Sequence record: MN453779.2 | Length of the DNA stretch: 64,000 bases | Direction: 5' to 3' (one strand) | Shown: positions 50,106-58,784 of the stretch, one piece after another | How positions within the stretch are numbered: the stretch's first letter is position 1 | Layout: each line of letters begins with the position of its first letter | Made by a program: the position numbers and the translations under genes | The notes under the pieces: generated by a model | The model's input: the letters and a program-made list of their open reading frames with translations, nothing else | Databases searched by the model: none | What the model was told of the DNA's origin: nothing

Positions 50106-50756
50106 TTGAACGTAACATCAGCTTTCAATAGAGGTTGTGGTGGAAGCTTGAGTAGTGAAGCTGCCCAAGTCTACGATAGCTTCATGGGAAATATGTTGCA
50201 GAAATACGAAAACTTAACTGGATGGTTGAGCGAAACTGTAGATTCTGTAAAGAAAGCTCATAGCAACTTCATGTCTTCTAAAATGTGGGAGTTCTCTAAC
50301 CGTATTGGTAGAACAGGACACTACGTAGGAAGATTCGAAATCGGTTATCTGTCAGAAGTTCATTTCCAACAACAAGCCACTGGGTTTATGCGTAATTACA
50401 TTATGGCTAATCCTAACATGATGGCGTTGTATGAAACTGAACAAGTTTCTGGATATGGTGGAGATTTCTCTGACTTGTGTTCTGGTATTGGTCATGGTAA
50501 CTATTACTATGATAAAGCGATGGACGGATTAGTTACTCAAAATGAGAGTGATCAATACTTCTATCGTACTTACCACAATTCAATGGACGAAGGAACGCAT
50601 CTAAGTCCTAGAGAACGTTTCGATATTCAACGTACTTGGCGTGCGACCGACCACCACATTAAGAACTTGTTTGACTCGTCTAACATTGCGGGTGGAAACA
50701 TTCTTACTTTGGAAGAAGTTGAAGAACGTCGTAAAGCAGAAGAAGACAAAGAGTAA
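50106..50756 (+). CDS. Conserved core hypothetical protein
   Basis: TTG start behind GAGGAGG, about 216 aa, follows the nvRNAP gene. Confidence 0.7.
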   Translation: MNVTSAFNRGCGGSLSSEAAQVYDSFMGNMLQKYENLTGWLSETVDSVKKAHSNFMSSKMWEFSNRIGRTGHYVGRFEIGYLSEVHFQQQATGFMRNYIMANPNMMALYETEQVSGYGGDFSDLCSGIGHGNYYYDKAMDGLVTQNESDQYFYRTYHNSMDEGTHLSPRERFDIQRTWRATDHHIKNLFDSSNIAGGNILTLEEVEERRKAEEDKE

Positions 50757-50831
50757 TTAAACTGAACTACCTGAGGAGTTATCCTTGGGTAGTTCTTCTA
50801 TCTACTTTAAAAAAATTAAGGAAATAGACAA

Positions 50832-51158
50832 ATGAAGCAAGTTCACGAAGATGATATTTGTGTTGTAACACGATCTGAAGTTGATGTTAATCGTTACTAT
50901 GGAAGTGGACGTCGTAGTAAACTACCTCTGCCAATGCTTAGGTATCAGGACTCAAGTGATCCCAATAAAGAAAATGGTTTCACTTTGGAAGGTGTAATCG
51001 CTTCTGCTATTGATCGTTTGGAGCACTTTAATACTGGACAGTTTAAATGTGATCACAATGATCGTGCTTTGGAACATCTTCGTGGCGCATTGAAAGAACT
51101 CAATGACCGAGTAGAAGATCGTAAAGCGCGAGATGTTTACAACACCGACAAAGCTTAG
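50832..51158 (+). CDS. Tad1-like immune-signal sponge protein
   Basis: YQ...NG.T.E.VI...IDRLEHF....FKC..N..A...L..AL..L..R..DR..R.V pattern recalled from the Tad1 family. Confidence 0.6.
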   Translation: MKQVHEDDICVVTRSEVDVNRYYGSGRRSKLPLPMLRYQDSSDPNKENGFTLEGVIASAIDRLEHFNTGQFKCDHNDRALEHLRGALKELNDRVEDRKARDVYNTDKA

Positions 51159-51166
51159 GAGTTAAC

Positions 51167-51655
51167 ATGGGTGCTGGATACGCCTCTTTCCAGATGGATT
51201 TGAAAAGTGCTGTAGCGATTAATGCAGCAATTGAAAAAGAAGAGATTAAATGCGCTGATGACTTTCACGAGAAGTTAGCAACTAAGATTAATATTGTAGC
51301 TAATGATCTTCACGCAACACTAATGTATGACAAGCGAGATCCCGACATTAGTCCAGGGATTAATCGTAAATCATACAAAGCTAAGGTAATCAACGTAGAG
51401 AAGCTAGGAGTACCCGGTAAGCAATTCTACGCCCTAGTCCTTACCCTTGAGTCAGAAGAGATCCAGAAACGTTTTAAAGAGCTTCTGGAGCTTGGGTTTG
51501 AGCATTCCTTCCCAGAGCTTAAACTCCATTGTAGTTTGTACTATGGAGATGGGACTGAACTGTGTTATAAGTTCATGAAGCGTTTATTTGATGAAGGTAA
51601 ACTTCCAGAATACATTACACTTTGTAATGAGAACTGGAATGCTTGTAAAGACTAA
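51167..51655 (+). CDS. acb1: Acb1-like 2H phosphodiesterase (anti-CBASS)
   Basis: Two HxT/S motifs (LHATLMY, LHCSLYY) and LVLTLESE...R...L..GFEHSF, matching the T4 57B/Acb1 layout. Confidence 0.75.
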   Translation: MGAGYASFQMDLKSAVAINAAIEKEEIKCADDFHEKLATKINIVANDLHATLMYDKRDPDISPGINRKSYKAKVINVEKLGVPGKQFYALVLTLESEEIQKRFKELLELGFEHSFPELKLHCSLYYGDGTELCYKFMKRLFDEGKLPEYITLCNENWNACKD

Positions 51656-51751
51656 CCTTTAAGATCCATGAAATTTCAAACCTATATTACTAGAGTGATA
51701 AATATAAATAATGTTTCATCATCTCTCCATATATAGATAAGGAATATAACC

Positions 51752-51895
51752 ATGACTTCAGCTCAACTCCTCGGTCTTGCTTTCTTTGGTCCTATGATGG
51801 TAGTTACCTTTTCTGTCTTGGGGTTCTACTACTATAACCAGTGGAAAGAAAATAAAGCTAAGAAAGGTCCTATGGCTACCTTTAATAAGCGTTAA
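51752..51895 (+). CDS. 47-aa single-pass membrane protein (not in the ORF track)
   Basis: MTSAQLLGLAFFGPMMVVTFSVLGFYYYNQWKENKAKKGPMATFNKR. Early promoter at 51683, AAGGA RBS, downstream hairpin at 51905-51932. Confidence 0.7.
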   Translation: MTSAQLLGLAFFGPMMVVTFSVLGFYYYNQWKENKAKKGPMATFNKR

Positions 51896-51977
51896 GTTAT
51901 ACGTTGCTACTCTCCCAATTGGGAGAGTAGCAATATTAAGAATGATAATTTTTTTGTTTAAATTTAAGGAGTAATGT

Positions 51978-52391
51978 ATGCCAAAGGGTGTAGTTGCTAC
52001 CATGGATACTTTAGGTTTTGTTAAAGAACCTACTGTAAAGATTGACCGACTCATTGCTTACTGGTTTGCAAACCGTATTGATCAATCTATTATCCTCACT
52101 GGTATTTATAGTTATCAATATGTTGTTGCAAGACATCAGAACGATTTCCAAATTGATAATTTTATTAAAGATATGGAAGAAAGTTTACGTTCCTATCTTT
52201 TAGAGTGCTTCACAGGTGTCGAAGTAGTGGTAAGATCACCAGATTACGAACCAGTTAAAAAGATGTTTACATTAGCAGTATCTGGACAAGTAGAAGAAGA
52301 CGGTAAGCTGTATGATTTAGCAACGTCAGTTTCTGTTAATGGTAAGACATTCGAATTAATTCAAAGAGGAAGGAAAGAATATGCAAGGTAA
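51978..52391 (+). CDS. Conserved core hypothetical protein
   Basis: 137 aa, AAGGAG RBS. Confidence 0.7.
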   Translation: MPKGVVATMDTLGFVKEPTVKIDRLIAYWFANRIDQSIILTGIYSYQYVVARHQNDFQIDNFIKDMEESLRSYLLECFTGVEVVVRSPDYEPVKKMFTLAVSGQVEEDGKLYDLATSVSVNGKTFELIQRGRKEYAR

Positions 52392-53193
52392 AGAGGTTGC
52401 AGGTTTTGAAGGGGTTGATAAATTCGCTCACGGTGATTTGTTCGAATTCCTAAGTAAGTCCTTTGCTTATACAGAAGTGGCTGGACAACGTGTTATTCAG
52501 ACCCCGGATGGTTTATTTGTAGAACACGTGTTGATGGAAGAAGAGTACTTCGTAGATAACTGGCTGACCCAATTCGCTATTGGACACGCCGGTGATAAGA
52601 ACTACTTCGATATGGAGACTTGGAACCAACTTACCGATAACTTTACCAAAGGTGTAATTGTTATCAATGAGCAACGTCATCCAGTTCTGATCATTCGCAA
52701 GTTCACCGAAATGGTGCTTCCTGAAGACCTAATGGAGAAACTAGCCTTTTGCAGTAACTATGCTTCTAAAGCTAAGTTCGTTACCGACGAAGCCGAAAAG
52801 ACCGCTCTGATCAAACAGTTTGCTGAACAAGTCAATGCCATCACTAACTATGCTGGAGTAGACGAAGATTCTCTAACTAGTTTGATTCCTCCCGCTTTCT
52901 ACGATAAACACAATGTACATCCACTCACAATGAAACAATTGATCTACATTCGTGATACCTATAAAGTAGCGGGTCAATCTATCGATCCTGATGGCGATAT
53001 CTTTAAACGTCTTGAAACCATTATTACTAGGTTTAATAAAGGTGAAAAGATCAACGAGTCAGATAAGAAGTTTGTACTGGAAATTACCCAAAATGAATTT
53101 CTTTTTGACTACGAAGACCATTCGGTAGAAGAACCAATTTCAATCGAAAAAACGCCGTCAGAACCTGAAGAATTTGATCCGCTTGCGGATTAA
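52381..53193 (+). CDS. Conserved hypothetical protein
   Basis: 270 aa with an acidic C-terminus, overlapping the upstream stop. Confidence 0.7.
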   Translation: MQGKEVAGFEGVDKFAHGDLFEFLSKSFAYTEVAGQRVIQTPDGLFVEHVLMEEEYFVDNWLTQFAIGHAGDKNYFDMETWNQLTDNFTKGVIVINEQRHPVLIIRKFTEMVLPEDLMEKLAFCSNYASKAKFVTDEAEKTALIKQFAEQVNAITNYAGVDEDSLTSLIPPAFYDKHNVHPLTMKQLIYIRDTYKVAGQSIDPDGDIFKRLETIITRFNKGEKINESDKKFVLEITQNEFLFDYEDHSVEEPISIEKTPSEPEEFDPLAD

Positions 53194-53225
53194 ACTAATG
53201 AGGGTGTTTACGTCTAGGAACAGAC

Positions 53226-54359
53226 ATGGAAAAAAGATTTAATGCATTATGGTGTTCTGATCAACATACGTTGCACCCTCATACCTCCACACAACACATT
53301 TTGGATAACATGAGTCGTTTCTATTACAAAGATAACAACTTAAGTGATATCGATCTAAGTGTTTGGGGTGGGGACTTCTTCCATGACTTAGCGCCAGCTA
53401 ATGACAGTAACTTGTTGTTAGTGCATCGCTGGGTTAAAAAGTATTTACATAGTTGCCATGAACGTAAAGTCCATGTAAGAATATTAGAAGGAACATCTTC
53501 CCACGATTGGGGACAACCAGAGACTTTAGAAGTACTAAAACCAAAAGGTTCTCCTTATATCAAATACATTAACACGTTGAGTATTGAGTTTATTCCAGAA
53601 CTTGATATCAATGTAATGTATGTTCCTGATAACTTTGGTAAAACCTCCACCGAAGATATTTATGATCAAGCAGTTGAACTATTAGCTAATCACAACTTAA
53701 CTCAAGTGGATTTTATCTTCTTACATGGTGGGTTTGTATTTCAACTTCCTCCAGTTGCCAATAAGCACGGTACATTGTACGATGAATTGAAATGGAGTAA
53801 GTTAGCTAAACACGCTATCTTCTCAGGTCATATTCATAAACCTGGACAGAAATACAACATCTATTGTTCCGGTTCTTTTGATCGTATAGCTCATGGTGAA
53901 ATGCATCCAAAAGGTGCTTATAGATTCTCGTTCAATAAAGAACACTTCAGCGCCTCGTTCTACGAGAATGCTTATGCCCAGATCTATGATACGATCCAGA
54001 TAACTCCGGAAACTAACGTTAAGCAACTTACTAAGATCATTGATAGCTATTTAAGGAAATCGCCGCCACCTAAAACACGTATTAAAGTTAAAGGTGGTTT
54101 GTCAGCAGTAACGGTAGCTTTAATAAATGAGTACAAAGATCAATATCCGATGTACCATTTTGAAACTGATAATGTCAAGGAAGAGAATATTGATATAGAT
54201 GCTACTCTGTATTCTCCAGAAGACTATAAAGCCATCACGTTGACTAAAGATAATCTTAAAAGTAATTTGTTTAATTTCATGGAACCAACTATCGGTCAGA
54301 ACGATGACATAGATAAAGCGTACCTTGAACAGTTATTAGACGAGGTAATGAATGGTTAA
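53226..54359 (+). CDS. sbcD: SbcD/Mre11-like metallophosphoesterase nuclease
   Basis: SDQH, GGDFFH, LEGT.SHD, FLHG and SGHIH motifs. Confidence 0.85.
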   Translation: MEKRFNALWCSDQHTLHPHTSTQHILDNMSRFYYKDNNLSDIDLSVWGGDFFHDLAPANDSNLLLVHRWVKKYLHSCHERKVHVRILEGTSSHDWGQPETLEVLKPKGSPYIKYINTLSIEFIPELDINVMYVPDNFGKTSTEDIYDQAVELLANHNLTQVDFIFLHGGFVFQLPPVANKHGTLYDELKWSKLAKHAIFSGHIHKPGQKYNIYCSGSFDRIAHGEMHPKGAYRFSFNKEHFSASFYENAYAQIYDTIQITPETNVKQLTKIIDSYLRKSPPPKTRIKVKGGLSAVTVALINEYKDQYPMYHFETDNVKEENIDIDATLYSPEDYKAITLTKDNLKSNLFNFMEPTIGQNDDIDKAYLEQLLDEVMNG

Positions 54360-55164
54360 CCGCACACTAGGTACCGTACCGATAAGTGTCGGTACTGCAA
54401 TGGCCATAGAAGCTCTCCAGAGCGCTCCTATGCACAGATACCAAACACTCCTCGTCAATCTACGTACTGTGGTGAGAAATGCAAGAGAAGCGTTTGAGGA
54501 GCTTCCTAGCGAAACTGAACTTTTTAATGCAGCTAAAGATGATGTGGTGGGGATTGCGAATTATATTGCTGAACTTAAGTTGAAAACACTACTTGACATT
54601 AAGTTCTATTATCCTAGTTATCAAGCCCTACCAAGACTCTTTCCATTAGCTAAATTAAAAGAACAGGATCCCAGTAAGCTAGTTAATCCAAAAGAAGAGA
54701 ACAGAAAGAAAAAGATCATTCTTGATAATGGTGCACTAAAACGTCTTATTAAAGAGTTTGATAAGTTTGTTTCCCAAGTGGATTCATCTATTCCTCAGTT
54801 CTCAGGAGATGGGTTAATCATTACTCACCACCCTGTTGATCTAGTAACAACAGAAAGTTACCACAGATTGCATCTATTAGAGTCACACACTGGATCGATA
54901 AAAGGTTACGTTCAGTTTTACACTAAACTAACTGGAGGGAAAGAGTTAACTAATATCCCATTAAACAAACTGACCATTCAGATCTTTGGTGATAATGCTG
55001 TTAACTTCATGTCCCAATCAATCTCAGTGAAAAACGAAATCAAAGCTCTGGCTAAATCGGTACCATGGAGTACTGCATCCACGCCAAGCTTTATCGCTAG
55101 TACAATTAGACGGATGCCGAGCTCTGCGCCAGAACGCGACATTCTACTCAAAATGATTAAGTAA
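54352..55164 (+). CDS. Conserved core hypothetical protein (possible nuclease-like fold)
   Basis: 270 aa coupled to SbcD, with N.RTVVRN, ITHHPVDL and LLESHTG motifs. Function uncertain. Confidence 0.65.
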   Translation: MVNRTLGTVPISVGTAMAIEALQSAPMHRYQTLLVNLRTVVRNAREAFEELPSETELFNAAKDDVVGIANYIAELKLKTLLDIKFYYPSYQALPRLFPLAKLKEQDPSKLVNPKEENRKKKIILDNGALKRLIKEFDKFVSQVDSSIPQFSGDGLIITHHPVDLVTTESYHRLHLLESHTGSIKGYVQFYTKLTGGKELTNIPLNKLTIQIFGDNAVNFMSQSISVKNEIKALAKSVPWSTASTPSFIASTIRRMPSSAPERDILLKMIK

Positions 55165-55177
55165 AAGGAATATCAAT

Positions 55178-55213
55178 ATGTCTCAACAACAAGCTTTCCA
55201 ACGTCGTCCATAA
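55178..55213 (+). pseudogene. Orphan 5' stub (MSQQQAFQRRP-stop) of the 56314 gene
   Basis: AAGGA RBS plus 11 codons matching the first 11 codons of 56314 at 10 of 11 residues. Confidence 0.8.
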
Positions 55214-55277
55214 TTTTAGCGCTCTAAAAAATTTAGAACATATATCATCATTTAGAAATGTTGTAATGGAGTTCTAA

Positions 55278-56295
55278 ATGTGTGAAATAAAATTAATATC
55301 AGATATTCTTAATCTATCCTTAGCTAAGGAAGATCATGAAGAAACTGTACAAAAACGTTGGGATTATATTCAAGAGCAATTAGAGAAAGATCCTAATTGG
55401 GTGGGTTATGACCACGCCGAATACCATCACGGTAGGGTTGATCTCTTTATAAACTTTAATGGATGTGTAATTTCAACCAATGGAGAAGTGTTTAACAACA
55501 CCGGGGTATTGAATAAAGTTTACACTAATAATTGTAAGTATAAATTTACAACTTTAAAAAATAAAGAAAAATCAAGTAGCTACTTTATACATAGATTGTT
55601 GGCCTCAACATTTTTACCTAGAAAAAAATGATCTGGTTTCTAAACCTTTCCATAGATTGCAAGTGAACCATAAGGACGGAGTTAAAGCCAATAATATTTT
55701 ATTTAATCTTGAATGGTGCACTAGTAAAGAGAATATTATTCACGCGTTCGATAAAGGTTTGTGCAAAGGTATTTCTGGGTCGGAAAACTCAAGAACTATA
55801 CCTCTTTTGGCAACAGTGGTAATGATCGGACCTTTCAAAGGAAAGCAGTTTGTTTTAGTTGGTAAGCAAGAGTTTATAAATCATGGGTTTCACCAAGGTG
55901 GTGTGCATAGATGTTATAACAAAGATCTAGAAACTTCTAATGGATGCACTTGGGTTGGTATCGATCCTGATAAGATATCGGACTACCCAAGAACACCGCC
56001 AGAAGGATACTTGGATTATTACCGCGAGAACTATCTCCTTTCCATGCCAACTTCTATACCAATAGTAGGAACCATAGAAAGAGGTCCACATGCTGGATAC
56101 ACTTTCTGCTTAATAGGTAGAAAGGAAATAAAAGCTGCCGGTTTTATCGACTCTCATGTAAGAGAAGCTGGACATAAAAACGGTATGCATAAAGGTTGTC
56201 GATGGAAGGTTATATCTAAAGAAGAAGTTGGCCATTACCAAAGAACCTTACCAAAAGAAATTTTTAACACTATTCCAAAATACAACGAAAAGTAA
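55278..56295 (+). pseudogene. HNH homing endonuclease split by a frameshift at an A7 run
   Basis: IHRLLASTFLP (55278-55631) and VNHKDG..NN...NLEWCT.KEN (55657-56295) join into 338 aa if one A is removed from 55622-55628. Confidence 0.8.
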
Positions 56296-56313
56296 TTTAT
56301 TAAGGAAAAAAAT

Positions 56314-57051
56314 ATGTCACAACAACAAACATTTCAAAGACGTCCTCAACTACTTGCCAATGACTATCGTTACCCGGCTCCAATGTCCCGTGAACCTGTA
56401 GAGGGTGCTAAGTACCCTGCGCGTTGGACTTGGGAACAAGGTCTGGATGGTAAGATCTATTTTAAAGTTAACGACGGGGTATTCGGTAAAGACGACCGTA
56501 ACGCCAAAATGAAAGAAGTCGAAATGTCTGCCATGGATCGACTGTCCCTGTTCGAACTAATGAAAGATGCTTGTGATAACGCCAACTTCACCAAAACCCA
56601 GTACCACGTCAAGAAAGTTACTTTCGGTGCTGGCGGTCGTTTGAACGAACATCCGTCTACTCTTGGCATCTTTACTGTCATGCGTAGCCAAGAAGGACGA
56701 ATCTCGGTAGGTTATACCAAAGGTTCCTACAAAGTTATGTTTGAATTCAAATCACCATTTGATTCAATGATTATGGTATCTAAAGACGGTGAACCTTGTG
56801 AAGACCCAGGTTTGATGAGTCGTGTATATTGCAAGGCGTTTATCAATTTCTACGGCCCATACCTTAACGAGCTAGAGATTGCCGGTTATAAGCCGCGCGA
56901 GAGCAAGAACGCTGGTGGTAATAACAACGCTGGTGGTAACAGTGGTTGGAACGGCAATGGTGGTAATAACTGGAATGGCAACGGTGGCGGTAACAATAGT
57001 TCACAACGTAAACCAGATCCCACTTCTTTTGATGATGACTTGGACTTTTAA
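56314..57051 (+). CDS. chmC: ChmC-like nucleic-acid-binding protein (phiKZ gp67 position)
   Basis: 245 aa with a folded N-terminal domain and a G/N-rich disordered tail ending DDDLDF. Directly upstream of the sigma-like subunit. Assigned by synteny. Confidence 0.6.
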   Translation: MSQQQTFQRRPQLLANDYRYPAPMSREPVEGAKYPARWTWEQGLDGKIYFKVNDGVFGKDDRNAKMKEVEMSAMDRLSLFELMKDACDNANFTKTQYHVKKVTFGAGGRLNEHPSTLGIFTVMRSQEGRISVGYTKGSYKVMFEFKSPFDSMIMVSKDGEPCEDPGLMSRVYCKAFINFYGPYLNELEIAGYKPRESKNAGGNNNAGGNSGWNGNGGNNWNGNGGGNNSSQRKPDPTSFDDDLDF

Positions 57052-57177
57052 GAGTAACTTTTAAAACATTTAAAGAGAGAAGGCTTTAAGCCTTCTCTCT
57101 ATTATATCTATTTTTACCGTCCTATATTTTTTCAGATAGATATTATTTAAGTGTTATTCTAGGGGAGTGTTTAAAAA

Positions 57178-58779
57178 ATGCGATATAGCACCGTACTTTC
57201 TGGGAAACGACGGATTGATTCTGTTATCGTTTCTCACAATAATGAACAGATTGAATTTAAGGGAACACAAACGGTTTGCGGTGGCGATGCTGATCAAGAG
57301 TTGTTCGAATTCATGAACATCTTCTTTGAAGGTTGTCGTGAGAGTACTATGGATCAATTGTGGAATTTGTTTAAAGAAGGTAAACGAATTCTCCAACCTG
57401 GTTATTTCGAAGAAGCTGAAACTCCAGAACTATCGGAACTTCGTGAACGTAGTTTGGATTATCAGTTCCTAATCGATAAACTTGGCCCTATTGTCAAGCG
57501 TATGTACGAGTTGGTTACACCCAATGAAATTGCTTACGCAGCTCAAGTAACAGGTCGTACGGTAGCTCCTAAAGACCTGATGCGTATGGCAGCTATGGGG
57601 GACTATCCAGAAGAGACTACAATTGATAATGACAAGTATGCTGAGTTAGTTAAACTTGCTTTCACAGCTCAACTTTGCTTCCCTCTTATCAACCAGTTGT
57701 TAGACCAGATCAACGAAGTAACTGGTAAAGATTATCAGTACGCTGTAGTGGGTAGTATGATTTCTCAGATCCCTAGTATCGTAGAGATACCTGGTTGGAA
57801 GATCATGGATACCTATATCCGTGCAAGTTGTGCTCGTAAAGATAGTAAGCGGGAAAATACCGACGTGGTATCTGAAGAACGATATGTTGACTATATCGTA
57901 TTCGAGGGACTGTTTAGTAAACTCTCTTTGTCATTTATCCCGAGTCAACTCAAAGACAAAAACTTGTCCAAAGAGTTAAACTCATTAGTAGAAGGAAAAA
58001 TCCGTAAAGAACAATCTACAAAGTTTACAAGGTTCTCCGAAAGTAAACCAGGTAGCGATGATCAATCCATTCCAGAAAGTTATCGTATCGCTCAAACAGT
58101 AAATGGTTCTGATGAAGAAGCTATGGCAGAGTTCTTCTCATTTGGTATGTTTGATGAAGAAGATAAACCTCGTCATAAAGATATCTTTAAATACCAAGCA
58201 AAAGCTCTTGGAATTAAGGCCGAAAAGACCGTGGAGAAGTTGTTTCATAATCTTCCAACTGTTTGGGATTTTCGTTTTACCAACATTCAGAATCAATTAC
58301 TCCAGTTAGCGTTTATTGATGATATTAACTATTATCTTTATCCTGCTATGGATTATCGGCAGCTAACCGCTGCAATGTGTTTGGCGCAAGTTAAACTATT
58401 TGAACAAGGTTATGAACATCTTGCCCAACTAGTCTGTGCTATGCGTTCTAATGCTGTCCCTATTACTTACATGGGAGATGAATTCAAACTCTCTACCAAA
58501 GAGCGAGAGGATCTAATCGATCTGTGTTATATCTATGTGGGTCAATCCACTGCTAGTACAGATAACATGTTAGTGATGTCGGTACAATCCTTCCTAGATG
58601 AGTTAGCGGCCTCTGGGTGGGAATCTAATATCGAACCAGGATTATTGGGTAACCAGAAGTTCCTTGATGCAATGTCACCCGGTGATATGTATCCCATTGA
58701 TCTAGTACCAGAAATTAAACGTGAGTTACTTGCGTTGATTACCCAAACCCATAGTGTAGAAAAAGAAAACGAGGAATAA
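57178..58779 (+). CDS. nvRNAP promoter-specificity (sigma-like) subunit, phiKZ gp68-like
   Basis: 533 aa, early promoter at 57139, position in the core block. Confidence 0.65.
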   Translation: MRYSTVLSGKRRIDSVIVSHNNEQIEFKGTQTVCGGDADQELFEFMNIFFEGCRESTMDQLWNLFKEGKRILQPGYFEEAETPELSELRERSLDYQFLIDKLGPIVKRMYELVTPNEIAYAAQVTGRTVAPKDLMRMAAMGDYPEETTIDNDKYAELVKLAFTAQLCFPLINQLLDQINEVTGKDYQYAVVGSMISQIPSIVEIPGWKIMDTYIRASCARKDSKRENTDVVSEERYVDYIVFEGLFSKLSLSFIPSQLKDKNLSKELNSLVEGKIRKEQSTKFTRFSESKPGSDDQSIPESYRIAQTVNGSDEEAMAEFFSFGMFDEEDKPRHKDIFKYQAKALGIKAEKTVEKLFHNLPTVWDFRFTNIQNQLLQLAFIDDINYYLYPAMDYRQLTAAMCLAQVKLFEQGYEHLAQLVCAMRSNAVPITYMGDEFKLSTKEREDLIDLCYIYVGQSTASTDNMLVMSVQSFLDELAASGWESNIEPGLLGNQKFLDAMSPGDMYPIDLVPEIKRELLALITQTHSVEKENEE

Positions 58780-58784
58780 ATAAA

